64,000 nt of DNA from Mobula hypostoma (GCF_963921235.1 NC_086108.1:55926001-55990000); one strand, 5' to 3'. Shown: positions 49,784-63,212, counted from the stretch's first letter. Numbers and translations: made by a program. The notes: generated by a model from the letters alone, not told the origin.

Positions 49784-51619
49784 ATATTCTCAAACTGCTT
49801 CTTACTACCATGTCTTGAATAGCTATTCATTCTTCAAATAAAGAATGTCTTTTCATGTGATATGGTTCTTAGTGAGTTATAGTGTGTTTTTCGGCTACAC
49901 CATCTAACTTGGAAGTTCTTGCTGCTTAGAGTGGTTTTACATTGGGATGGAACTAGATGGCACAATATCTCTTCCAGATGAGAATCCCTGTGAGTCTACA
50001 GTAATGTGTTTTGAATCAGTTTTAGGAAAGCTAAATTGAAACTTGTGCAATTTCACAGTGCCAATATATTGAGTAGGTGACACGATAAAGAAAATGATCT
50101 TTGTGTTTGCAGACTAAGTGAGAGCGAGTTAGGTTATGAGAAAATAAGGGAAGTAAAGAGCATTAATTCAGCTTCACCGCAGGCACTTTTCCTTGTGGGT
50201 GACACAAAGGAGACAAATTTCCTTGGAGCTAACATAAAAATAAATCTATTCATTTGACAGTGTATTATACTAGAAATGGAGGGGCAGTTTTAATGTGATG
50301 TACATTGGACTGCAAAGCAATTGAAATGCACTTTTACTGTCACCAGAGGGAGGTTGTCCAGCGCAGCTTGTTAGTTGGGGGTTTGTTTTTGCATTACAGA
50401 GAGAAAATTCTGGAGTGATCTGCCTTTGTTAGCAAGAGAGAGGAATTCAACTCCCTGCCTGTGAATCAAGGATGGCCATGAAGGATTCAAACACCACAGT
50501 TATCCAGAAATTGAAGAACAGAAAGCAACTCTGACTGTGGTGCTGCAAAAGATGCTGATTCTAATCTTTTAGTTGTGCACTGAGGAGAGCAACAACCTCC
50601 AACACCAGAGAAGCATTGTGATAATCCTCAGTTGACAGAAAAAGCGATGCTCACCTGCTTTGCATTAGATTGACGGCTGCTGAATTTTGCCTGCTGTACG
50701 GTGGCACAGGGGTCTGCTGTGGATGGTAACATTTTTATTGATTTTAATTTCTCTGGAAACTGTGTGGCAGAATGTTTAACCTGTGCCTAAATAATTATAA
50801 AGAGTATTTAGGTTTCCTATATTATTATTAAATGCTTTTATGAGATAAAATAGATGAGCTAGTTTTGTCACCACCCACACTGCATAACACGTAATGATGA
50901 GATTGGAAAATACATTTTATTAAGCACTTAGGTATTTTAAACTCATTGATGAATTGAGATCACAACTTTCTTTCATACTGAGACAAAATTGTCAAAGGCT
51001 TTAGATTAGCTCAAACCACAAAATTATCTTCAGGTCCAATAATTGTCATGAAAGCCTTCACAGAGCACGGTAACAAACCCTACATGGACTTTGCCAGCTC
51101 AGCCACCTAGAAGGCAAGCCCAGAAATTCTATTGCATTTTGCACAAGGGAATTTTTTGAAGACTCGACCATTAAAGCTTTGATAGTTTATTGACGTGACG
51201 TTCATTTTAAGAGCACTGTGCAGATGAGCCAGTGTACAACAGGTGGTTGGCAAATGGTTCAGAGCCAGGTTGAGGACACTCATTGCTCTCAGAGGAACAT
51301 GAGTGCTTCACTCGGCCAGCACCCAAGATAGATTTTTCTTCTCTAGCCATGTCTGGTACAGAAGTAGGTGTTTAGATCAGAGAGCAGTCTGATTCCTGAA
51401 TTGATTCTGGATGAACTGAAAAACGGATGCTCTTTCCCTGTGAGGTACATTTTTTCCTGCCAATAGTGTGGAGGCCCAATTATTTTCCAGACAGGTTTGC
51501 AGAGCAAAGGGGTAACAATTCTCGATTTGGAAACAAGTGAAGTGTGTTTGTGTTAGGAATGGATGGGGTAGTTTCACTTTGACGTATAGTTAGAATATTA
51601 TGTTAAAAGGAATGATAAA

Positions 51620-54600
51620 ATATCCTCGGGAATGGTCTAACCCAAGGTTCCCAGCATGAGAAGTGTCAGCAGGTAAGGCTGGCCAACAGGGCTCTGGTGG
51701 AGCTGCTAAGGCCAATCCCCTGTACAGTGGATACAATAGATGACAGAAACATTGATGAACTCCAACAATAGCTTCGACTTTGTGAGAAGAGGCTCATCAC
51801 TGAGTGAGCGGATGATGCAGCACAGGGAAAGTCATCAGAATCCTGCGCAGCTGCCATCTCTTTTCTCATCAAAGTCCATATCTACCTTGGGTATCGGGGC
51901 AACGCTGCTGCCTCAGAGCAGATGAGGCAGATCTCAATTGTTTGTTGCACCGAGACTTGGGTATCAGTGAACACATCGGATGCAGCAATCCGACCAGAAG
52001 GTTATACAATTTTCAGAATGGATCGAACCGCGAACTCTGGTAAGGAAAAAGGTGGCAGTGTGTTCTTTTCAGTCAATTGGTGTTCAGATGTGAGGGTTTT
52101 GTCAATTTCTTGTTCCCCTGACTGAGAACATCTACCGATCAAATGTAGACCATTACATTTTCCTCGGGAGTTGTTATCTGTATCCCGACCTCAGTTTATA
52201 TACCACCAGTGGCCAATTATAAACAAGCACTCGCAAATCTCCACAATGTTGTCTGCAGGCAAGAAATAGTCCATCTTGATATACTTCAAATTATAGTTGG
52301 TGACTTTAACCAGGCCTGTTTGAAGAAAACCCTGCCCAATTATCACCAACACATAACCTGTTGCACCAGGTCCTAACAGACGAGACTACTGCTACACTAT
52401 GATAAGGATTGCCTATTGTTCCTTTCCAAGACCACGTTTTGGCAAGTACTCCTACTACCTACATACAGACAAAGCCTAAAAAGCAAGGCTCCAGAGATCA
52501 AGACAACTAAGAGATGGTCACAGGAGACACAGAAAAGGTTACAGGATTGCCTTGAGTGAGTGGACTGGGTCCTGTTCCAGCACTCATCTGAGGATCTGAA
52601 TGACTACACCAGAATTGTAACAGACTTTGTTAAAGCAGCTGCAGATGAGTGTGTCCCCACAAAATCATTCAGGGTTTACCCCAATCAGAAGCCCTGATGA
52701 AACATGAAACTGGAATTTGCTGAGACCCAGATGAGAGGCTTTCAGATCTAGAGATCAAGAATGCTACGAGGTGCAGTAATGATCTCTGGAAAGCCATCTC
52801 ATGAACAAAGTGGAGATTCTGGACTAGACTGGAATCAACAAGGGATGCCCAACAGCTGTGGCAGGGTTTGAATGAAATCACCTCCTACAAAGTTAAATCT
52901 AGAGACATGGAGGACAGCAGGCTTTTGCTTGCAGATGAACTCAATGCTATCTATGCTGGCTTTGACCACCAGAACAGGGAGAAACCATCATGCACCCCCA
53001 TGTCTCAATGATCCTTTGGTCTCAGCATCTGAAGATGATGTGCAGGTCATCTTCAATAGAGTGAATCTAAGGAAAGCATCCAGTCTGGATGGAGTACCTG
53101 GCCAAATACAGAAGACCTGTGGTGACCAACTGGCTATGTGTTCACGGATATCTTAAACCTCTCACTTTGGAAGTGCATGATACCCACCTTCTTCAGGCAG
53201 GCTTCAATCATACCAGTGCCCAAGAAGAATGTGGTAACCTACTTCTATGACATCACCCAGTGGCATTTACACCCACAGTGATGAAGTGTTTTGAGAGGCT
53301 GGTGTTGAAACATATCAGCTCCTGTAAGAGTGGTTACTTGGATCCGCTCCAATTTGTCTACCAAAGCCAAAGTTCCACAGCAAATGACATCTCGTTGGCT
53401 CTTCACACAATCCTGGAACATCTGGACAGGAAAGATGAATTCATTAGGATGCTCTTTATTGATTACAGCTCAGCATTTAATACCATCAACCCCTCAAAAC
53501 TAATCAGTAAGCTTCTAGACCTGAGCCTCAATGCACCTTTGTGCAATTGGATCTCAGATTTCCTCACTTGCAGACCCTAGCCAGTCTGGATTGGCAAAGA
53601 CATCTCATCCACAATCTCAATCAGCACAGGAGCACAACAGGGATGTGTGCTTAGCTCTCTGCTCTACTCACTTTACACCTAAGTCTCTGTGGCCAACACC
53701 ATGTACAAGTTCGCTGATGATACCACTGTTGTGGGTTGTATCAAAGATGGTGATGAATCAGCATATGGGAAGGAAATTGAAAACTTGGCTAAGTGTTGTA
53801 ATAACAATTACCTTTCACTCAATGTCAGCAAGGCCTAGGAAAGTATTGCAGACTTCAGGCGAGGGAATCCAGAGGTCCATGAACCAGTACTCAGAGGTGG
53901 AGAGGGTTAGTAACTTTAAGTTCCTGGGTGTCACTATCTCAGATGGCCTGTCCTGGACACATCATATATATGAAATTGCAAAGAAAATATGACAACGCCT
54001 CTACTTCCTTAGGAGTCTGTGGTGATTTGGCTTGTCGTCAAAGACCTTGACAAACTTCTATAGAAGTGTGGTGGGAAACGTATTGAATTGGCTGCCTTAT
54101 GGCCTGGTATGGGAACACCAATGTTTCTGAATGGAAAATCCTACAAAAAGTAGTGGATTTGTCCCAGTACCTCACAGGTAGCGTCCTCCCAACCATTGAG
54201 CACATCTACATGGAATGTTACCATAGCAAAGTGCCTCAGGACTCGCATCACCAAATTCAAGAACAGTTAATACTGCTCAACCATCAGACTCTTGAACAAA
54301 GGAGGATAATTTCGTTCATTCTATTTATGGTGTTACTCCAACCAATGGTCTCACTTTAAGGACTCTTTATCTTGTTATTTATTAATATTTGCATATGCAC
54401 AGTTTGTTGTTCATTGATCCTGTTTACAGTTACTCAGGGTTGTATATGGTGACATATATGTACTCTGATAATAAATTTTACTTTGAACTTTGAACTTTTC
54501 AATGTGAGAACCATGTACCAGGCAGGAAGATACACCATCATAGCAAGTGAGATGAAAAGTTACAAACAGTTAACTCTTGGGCTGAGTAAGACAAGATGGA

Positions 54601-57267
54601 CGTCATCTGGAGAGACCCGACTGACAGTGAGAGTACGTATCATCTACTCGGCCATCAAAGCAATGATGCACCACAAACAAAGGGTGTAACCTTCATGATG
54701 ACACCAGAAGCACGTAGAGCCATGGCTGCATGGGAAGCCACCAGTTCCAGAATTATCACTGCTGGCTTTAAAACCAAGCAGCAGAAGATAACAGCTCAAG
54801 TTATCCAATGTTACCCACCAACAAACGATGCCAATGAAGGAGACAAAGATGAGTTCTACAACACACTCAGTGGAGTCATCGGCAGAGGGAAGGAAAAAGA
54901 CCTGACCATCGGCATGGGAGATTTAATGCCAAAATAGGCAGGGATAATGCAGGATATGAACAGGTAATGGGAAACATGGTCTTGGAGAAACGAATGAAAA
55001 TGGGGAATGATCTGCTGAAACCTGTGCTATCTTCCAGCTAGTTATTGGAGGAAGTTTTTCCCACACAAGCAAATACACAAGCTAACATGGATGTCACCAA
55101 ACAAGGTCACAGAGAACCAGATCAACCACGCCTGTATCTCAAAGAAGTTTTGAAGATCTCTCCATAATGTCAGAGTGAAACGTGGTGTAGATCCAGGGTC
55201 AGACCACCATCTTCTGATCACCAAAGAACAGATGAAGCTAAAAAGAAACTACGCACTACCCAATCAGAGACTGAGTACAATGTGAACTACCTGAAAGACA
55301 AAGAAACAGCTCAGAGATTTGCCTTCACACTTTCCAACAGGTTCCAGGCGCTTGAGGACCTTGATATCAAAGACGAATGGATTGCCGTCAAAGAGGCAAT
55401 AAAAGAAGCTTGTGAGGAAGTGCTGGGTAAAAGGATATTTGAGCATAAGTAGTGGATTACACCAGGAACGATGGAAACAATCAACAAGAGGAGAACACTA
55501 AAAACAGAGGCACAGAGGGAATATGACAGAGTGCACAAGGAAGAGAGGAGAAACATCAAGAGGGACAGGAGAGAGTGTCCCAAGCAGAAGAAGCCTCAGC
55601 AAATGGGGATATGAAAGAACTACACAATACTACCAAGAAACTAGCTTGCAAATTCAACCAGATCAACATCCAAGTGAAGGATAAAGATGGAAATGTCCTA
55701 ACTAAAGAAGACAAGCATTACTTCAAAGAGATTCTGAGCAGACCACCTCCTCCAAAATCTCCTTTAATTCCAGAAGCACAATCAGACTTCGATGTCAACT
55801 ATGCCAAGTTATCAAAGAAGGAAATCAAGCAGGCAATCAAGAGGCTAAGGTCAAGAAAAGCACTTGGCCAGACAGGATTCTACCAGAGGCGTTGAAGGCA
55901 GACTCTACACTTCTGGAAGATATCCAATGCACTTTGTTCCACAAGATCTGGGACAAAGAAGAGATGCCACAAGAGTGAAAAGAAAGTCATAAATTCAGGC
56001 TTCCAAAGAAAGGTAACCTATGAGACTGTAAAAACTACAGAGGTATATCCTTAATGTTTGTAGTTGGAAAGGTGCTAAACAGAATTATTCTGCAGCACTT
56101 TCAACAAATTGTTGGCACAACAGGCTTTAAGAACGATTTCTCCAGCACAGACCTGATAGTTACCTTAAGAATAACCATGGAATAGTCAATCGAATGGAAT
56201 ACTTCACCCTACGTCAACTTCATTGTCAACAAGAAAGCCTTCGATAGCTTAGACAGAAACACCTTATGGAAACTTATGAAACGTTATGGAATAGTGCAGA
56301 AATTTATCAATATCATCAGGACTCCTACAACAACATGTCCTACAAAGTCATACATGTGGGAAAACTGTCAGAAAGCTTCAACATCAACACTGGGGTGAAG
56401 CCGGGATGTTTGATGGCTCCTTTCCTGTTCCTGTTGGCAATAGATTGGATTATAAAATGGACAGGTGAAAAATGAAATTGAATCCAGTGGCCTATGTGGC
56501 AGCAAATTAATGACCTAAGGTTTGCAGATGACATCACCCTACTGTCTAGTTTAACCAACAACTGCTAACTCTACAATGCTGGGTCTAAGACCAAAGGTAG
56601 ATAAAATGAAAGTGATGAAGGTAAACTGCACCAGCAATAAACCCATAGTGATGAGAGATACCACCCTGGAAGAAGTGACTTCCTTTGTCTATCTTGGAAG
56701 CATTGTGAGTATATGCGGATAAGGATGTAAAATCCAGGATCAACAAGGGCAGACTAATATTCAACATCTTGAAAGAAGTCTGGGCATCCAGAGCCATATC
56801 AAGAAAAACCAAAATCAGAATCTCCAAATTTTAAACAGTGCTCCTGTACGGCTCTGAAACCTAGAAAACAACAAAGAAGACACGACAAAAACTGTAGGCT
56901 TTCATCAATCAGTGCCTGAGAAGGATCCTAAACATCAGAGGACTGACAAAGTAACCAACCAGACACTGTGAAAAGCACCAACAAGGAATCCACAGAGATA
57001 TAAATATGCAAACTGAAATGGAGGTGGATTGTCAATGCCTAGAAGAAGTCAACCAACTTCACTAGGCAGGAATTCAAATGGAATCACCAAGGAAAGGGGA
57101 AAAAGGGATGACAAAAGAACACATGCAGGAGAGACATTAAGGCTGAAATTAGACAATGGGGACACTCTGGTCCACCCTCAGAAACTGGCTCAGACAGAGG
57201 ATAATGGAAACCGTAGGCTGTCGAAGGCCTGTGCTCCACTGGAAGCTTTGGACCCAAAAAAAAGAAG
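51620..57267 (+). mobile_element. Near full-length decayed RTE-clade LINE interrupted by Rex1
   Basis: ...PSLFSSKSISTLGI (ends ~51895) rejoins FNVRTMYQAGR (54498). Then VIQCYPPTND, GSDHHL, NYRGISL, KAFDS, FADDITLLS and LLYGSET motifs; 3' end GGCCTGTGCTCCACTGG..AAAAGAAG. Confidence 0.85.
51896..54496 (+). mobile_element. Rex1/Babar LINE, near-complete ORF (APE+RT), decayed
   Basis: [51 protein letters not shown] and FKFLGV motifs; tail GATAATAAATTTTACTTTGAACTTTGAAC. Confidence 0.92.
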
Positions 57268-57344
57268 TTGTTCAGCTTTGATGGATGATGGCAAGGACAT
57301 ACCCATCCTCAGGGAACAAGTTAGCACTTCTCCCCTTTACAAAA

Positions 57345-57848
57345 GGAGGAGACAAACACCTTACATTCCATTAGGGTAGCCTCCAACCTGATGACATGAA
57401 CCTCGATTTCTCCAGCTTCCAATAACATTCCCCCCCCCCTTCATTCTTCTTCAATTCCCCACTCTGGCCCCCTTCTTATTTCTTCTCACCAGTCGATCAT
57501 GTCCCTCTGATGCCAATGCCCCTTCTCTTTCTCTCATGATCCATTCTTCTCTCCTATCACATTCCTTCTTTTCCAGCCCTTTACCTCTTCCACTTATCTC
57601 CCAGCTTCTCACTTCATCCCCCATCCCCCACCTACCTGGTTTCACCTATCACCTTCTAGCTTGAACTCCAGCCCTCCCTCGCCTTCTTATTCTGGCTTCT
57701 TCTCCCTTCCTTTCCAGTCCTGATGAAGGGTCTCAGCCCAAAATGTTGTGTTTATTTATTTACATAGATGCTGCCTGACCTGCTGAGTCTCTTCAGCATT
57801 TTATGTGTTTTATCTGGATTTCCAGCAGCTGCAGAATCTCTTGAGTTT
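57345..57848 (+). mobile_element. Penelope 3' end: GIY-YIG C-terminus, pyrimidine-rich UTR and terminal repeat with a mutated hammerhead
   Basis: HLTFH*GSLQPDDMNLDFSSF; C/T-rich tract; CAGTC-CTGATGA-AGGGTCTCAGCCC-AAAA (57715-57743, GAAA mutated); GATGCTGCCTGACCTGCTGAG. Confidence 0.85.
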
Positions 57849-57884
57849 AAGAGGAATGAGAGAACTTGAGACAATGGAGGAATT

Positions 57885-58200
57885 AGAGGAACAGAGATGG
57901 AGAAGATCAGTAGCTCTAAATTCCTCAACGTCAATATAATCAGACGACCTTTCCTGCGACCAGCACAGTGTCATCACAAAGAAGGCATAACAGCACCTCT
58001 ACTTTCTTGGAAGTTTATGTAGATTTGGCACATCGCCAAAAACTTTGACCAACTTCTATAGATGGACAGTGGAGAGTATTCTAGCTGGTTCTATCATGGC
58101 CTGGTATGGAAATGCCAATGCCCAGGAAAGGAAATGGCTACAGAAAGTGGAGCATACAGTCCAGTCCATCACAGCATCGAGTGTGCAGAGTGCTGCTACA
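57885..58200 (+). mobile_element. Rex1 fragment
   Basis: TNFYRWTVESILAGSIMAWYGNA motif. Confidence 0.8.
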
Positions 58201-58204
58201 AGAA

Positions 58205-58980
58205 AGTTCAAAGTAAATTTACTATCAAGGTACTTATACGTCATCATATACTGCCCTGAGATTCATTTTTTGTGGGCATACTCAGTAAATCCAGAATAGA
58301 ATAATAACTATAATAGAATCAATGAAAGACCACACCAACTTGGGCATTCAGCCACTGTGCAAAACTGTGCAAATCCAAAAGGAAAGAAATAATAATAATA
58401 AATAAGAAATAAATATTGAGAACATGCGATGAAGAGTCCTTGAAAGTGAGTCCACAGGTTGTGGGGACATTTCGTTGATGAAGTGAAGTTTGGTGAAGTT
58501 ATCTCCTTTGGCTCAAGAACCTGATGATGGAGGGGTAATACCTGTTCCTGAACCTGGTGGTGTGGGTACTGAGACTCCTGTGCCTTCTTCCTGATGGCAG
58601 GAGCGAGAAGAGAGCATGTCCTGGATGGTGGGGGTCCCTGATGATGGATGTTGCTTTCTTGTGACAATGTCTTGTGCAGATGCGCTCAGTGGTGGGGAGG
58701 GCTTTACCCATGATGGACTGATCTGCATCCACTACTTTTTATAGGATTTTCCATTCAAGGGCGTAAGTGCTTCCATACCAGGCTGTGATGCAGCCAGTCA
58801 ATATACTCTTCACTACACATCTATAGAAGTTTGTCAGAGTGTTAGATGTCATGCCAAATCTTTGCAAACTCCTAAGGAAGTAAAGGCACTGCCATGTTTC
58901 CTTTGTAATTGGACTTGTGTGCTGGGCCCAGGACAGGTCCTCAGAATTTAAAGCTCTGACCCGCTCCACCTCCGATCCTG
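58205..58980 (-). mobile_element. Rex1 3' fragment
   Basis: LTNFYRCVVKSILTGCITAWYG and DPHHPGHALFSLLPSGRR..TTRFRNRYYP motifs, plus tail. Confidence 0.9.
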
Positions 58981-60144
58981 CGAGTACATCTGGAATGCTG
59001 ATATGATTTGGGAGGTCGTATTTACTTGCCCCTATTATATCCTGTTTCTTAATCTGTCATCTCAGGAAGCAGTTTCCTGGATATTACATAATGAATTTCT
59101 GGATTTTTCTGCTTTCTCTCATTCTCAGTCACAAATCTCTCAAAAGCACATGACCATTTATAATAGTATTCCATCCCTCATTAGTAGCACAAGTTTTTTT
59201 TATCTTCTGTTGATAGTCAGTATGTTACTTTAGAGAGTCATGTTAAATGGCCAATTGAATTGGTATTTTTAACATCAGAGTGAAGAGGGGAAAATTCACA
59301 CAACAGTTGAAACAAAGCATTGATAACAAAGAGATTCTAATTTTTTTGTTATTTACATACAGTATTCATGTAATTTATTTTGCCATTGAACAGTAAAGGA
59401 AAGCAATCACTCCAGCATTTTGTGTGACATACCAGGTTTGTTGTGATCATGCCATTACATGAATTCACGCAGTGATTGGTGGTGGTTGGTTTTTATTCTG
59501 CTGCACTTGCAAGAGTGACTTTTTGCCTTATTTCTTTCTCATTAAACGAGAAATTTGATGAAATAATGGTATTTTCTGGTATTTATTTACTGCAGTTTTG
59601 CTGATATATCTAGTTTTCATAAGTAAAACTTTATAAAAATTTTGCATCTTTATTTTTACTCACAATGAAGCCTAGACAATTAAGATTTATCTAGCAAATC
59701 CTAGTCACTACTACACTTCCCCACAAATTCAATATCCAATTCTCTGAGGCTGCCGACAGTCATAGTCCAGAAGGCATCAAGTGCTCAGCTCCAGATGGAA
59801 AGGCAGATTGAAGCCGTATGAGTGGGAGGAGTAAATGATGCATCTGTCACAGAATAGGTCCCTCACATGGTCTTAAAGCATGACTACTGTAGCTTGTTGA
59901 TGAATTCAAAGGCACGACTTTACAAAGCAGGTCCATGCCAGATTTTTTTTTGTGTTTGTATGATGGTAATATGAAGAATTTCATTTATGTGGTGCCTGAG
60001 AATGTTCCTGCTTGCTGTAGCTCAACTACAGTAAATCGTGAATTATAAACTCTTGATAAAGATATGAAACTAGATCAAGATTACAATGTTCACAGGTTTT
60101 GAAGATGATATTGACAATTGTTTGGGCTCCATATGCATTAGTAA

Positions 60145-61690
60145 GTTGGTTTATTGTTGTCATATGTACTAAGGTAGGCTAGAAAAACCTGTCTTCCATA
60201 TCATCCATTGCAACAGTGCAATGAAGAACTGCAAGGTAAAACAATAACAGTGCAGATTTAAGTGTTACTGTTACAGAATGCAGTGTGGTTAAACAATAAG
60301 GTCTGTCTGTCTGTCTAGGTACCATATCCAATGCGGACATTGGTGACCATGGTCTTCCATGTAGACCTATCCCTCGTTCTTTGGATGACTTCCATTTCCT
60401 CGATGTGTAACCACCTGGCTAAGCTTTTGATGTACATAAGCCGAGGTCTTCCTCTAGGTTTGCTCCCCTCGATCTTCCCAGAGAGTATGAGTTTTTCTAG
60501 TTCATCTTTCCACATGTTATGTCCTAGGAATCTGATTTGTCTTCCTCTTATTGTTGGTATGAGTGATCAAACTGCTTGGGCTGTTCTGAGAACTTCTTCA
60601 TTTGATGTGTGTGTGGTCCATGATATTTTTAACATTCTCCTGTAGAACCATAATTCAGCTGCTTCTAGTCTCTTTTCCATTGCTGGAGAAATGGTCCAGC
60701 ATCCACTATAGGATAGAATAAACATAACACTGCAGTATTCTGTTTTTGGTGTACGTGCTCATCTTTCTGTTTGTTAATATGGTCTTCATTTTCTGGAAAG
60801 CTTCTTTCACCATTGCTATTCTGTATTAATAAGCTACAAAGCCATAATGAGGTAGATCGTGAGCCAAGAGTTGATTTTATCATACTAAGATATTTTTCAA
60901 TAGTCTTACTGCAGTGGGATAGAAAATCTCTGTTAGCCTGGTGGTCCATACTTTCAGGATTTTATTTCTGCCTAATGGAGGAGGAGAGAAGAGAGATTGT
61001 CCGACATCTTTGATTATCCTGGCTGTTTTACTGAGGCAGTGAGATGTAGAGACAGAGTCCCTGGAGAGCAGTTGGTTTCTTTGGTTTACCCAGCTGTGTC
61101 CATATCTCTCTGTAGTTTCTCACTGTCTAGGCAAAGCAGTTGACACACCAAGCTGTGATACAACCACAAAGTGTACCAATAAAAACTGGTGAGGGAAAAA
61201 GGGGACATGTCAGCTTTAGCTTCCTGAGGAATATAGAGGTACTGCTGCACTTTCTTGACTGTGGTGTCCATGACAGGCTATTGGAGATGTTCACTCCTAG
61301 AAACCTGAAGCTCCTAACACTATTGATGTAAACAGGAGCATGTGCTCTTCCGGCTTTCTGAAGCCAATGACCAGCTCCATTGTTTTGCTGACAATGAGGG
61401 AAACCTTGTTGTTATGGCACCATGTCACTAGGCTTTTTATCTCCTTGCTGAATTCTAACTCAATCATTGTTTATGAATTGGTGCTTTACTGTAGTGTTAT
61501 CTGCATACTTGTAGATGAAGTTAAAGCCAGAACTGGCCATGCAGATGTGAATGTACAGCGAATGGGGATGCAGTTTAGTGGGGCACCAGTGTAGAGAATA
61601 ATAATGGCTGAGGTGTTACTGCCTGTTTAGACTGATTGTGATCTGTTGGTCAGGAAGTTAGAATCCAGTCACAAAGGGAGGTGTTGAGTA
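60145..61690 (-). mobile_element. Rex1-like second-subfamily element interrupted by an RTE fragment
   Basis: Homologous to 19638-20385, with minus-strand ITAWC, FRFLGV, LIVSKT and YAD remnants. Confidence 0.65.
60301..60825 (-). mobile_element. RTE-clade 3' fragment with (AGAC)n tail
   Basis: LEKLILSGKIEGSKPRGRPR and LEAAELWFYRRMLKISWT motifs; (GTCT)n on the + strand at 60302-60316; AATAAG on both flanks. Confidence 0.85.
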
Positions 61691-62109
61691 CACTCAAATC
61701 GTTGTTTTATACAGGAACCTCAATAAACAATGGCTTAACAAGCTTAGTCTCATCCTCTTCCTTATTGGTTCCAGTTGGTGTGAATTGACCACCTTCCCAA
61801 TCTTAATATATTCAGATTCCCCACCTCCCTGCCATATGGGAAGCTTCGCCATGTCAATGACATCATTTTTGAAGTTAGGGGAGTTTCTGAAGTCAGCTAC
61901 AATCTGGAATCAAGAGTCCCTGCTAACAGGTATTAAACACTAAATGACTGACTGGATAATATTGATGCAATCTGAAATGTTACATTGCTTCCAAAACTAT
62001 GCCAGATTTTCCATTCCTCTTTGATCAATTGTATGTGAAGCTTGGTATATAAGATTTAACAGCTTTAATAACACCCTAGTCTATAGATTATAAAATTAAA
62101 TTGGTTTAT

Positions 62110-63212
62110 TACAAGACATAGGAGCAGAATTTAGCCATTTGGCACATCAAGTCTGCTCTGTCATTCCATCATGGCTGATTTATTTTGCCTTTCACCCCCA
62201 TTCTACTGCATCCTTTCTGTAACCATTGACACTCTTACCAGTCAAGAACCCATCAACCTCCAATTTAAATATACCCAATGTCTTTAAATGTACTCAGTGA
62301 ATTCCACAGATTCACCACGCTTCTCCTCATCCCTTTTCTAAAGGAATATCTTTGTATTCTGGGGCTGCGGCTTCTGGAATCATCCTCTCCAAGTCCACTA
62401 TCTAGGCAGTCAAATGTTCCTCATATGTTAACCCTTTTATTCCTAGGATCATTCTCATAAACCACCTCTGCATTCTCTCCAACGCGAGTATACATCCTTT
62501 CTTAGATACTAGCCATAAAGCTGCTCTAAATACTTCTCTCTGTCTCTGATCCTTCTCTGAGTACTGACTCATGGACCTCTGATTTCTCTGTCCTGAATTG
62601 TACAATCAGTTCCTTGGTCTTATTGACATTGAGTGAGAGAATTGACACCACCACCTTTTCCTTACCAGAATTCAAAGTTCAAACCATTCTGAAAATCATA
62701 AAACTACTTATCAGCAGCCAACCTGAAAAGGTCCCCTTTATTCCCACTCTTATCCTCTTTCCAGTCATACAATCTTCTATCCATGTTATTATCTTTCCTG
62801 TAATACCATGGGCTCATGTTTACAGCCTCATATGTAGCACTTTGTTGAGGGCCTTCTGAAAATCCAAGTAAGCTATATCAATGGATGGACACAAAATGCT
62901 GAAGGGTCTCAGCCTGAAACATCAACTGTACTGTTTCCCATAGATGCTGCCTGGCCTGCCGAGTTCCTCCAGCATTTTGTGTGTGTTGCTTGGATTTCCA
63001 GCATCTGCAGATTTTCTCTTGTTTGTATATCAACCAAGTCTCCTGTGTCTTTCCTCCCTGTTATTTCCTCAAATAATTCACAGATTTATCAGGCAAAATT
63101 TCCCCTGAAGGATACATACTGAATTCCTTCTATTTTATCATGTGCCTCCAAGTACCCCAAAACCTCATCCTTAACAATGCACTCTAACATCTTACCAAAC
63201 ACTGAAGTCAGG
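62110..63212 (-). mobile_element. Decayed CR1 fragment with internal deletions and inserts
   Basis: LTSVFGKMLECIVKD..YLEAHDKI and LERMQRWFMRMILG motifs; tail AAGACATAGGAGCAGAATT. Confidence 0.8.
62882..63025 (+). mobile_element. PLE terminal insertion with short 5' inversion and 8-bp TSD
   Basis: TATATCAA at 62874-62881 and 63026-63033. The 5' ACACAAAATGCTG is the reverse complement of internal CAGCATTTTGTGT. Partial hammerhead TGAAGGGTCTCAGCCTGAAACATC. Confidence 0.85.
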
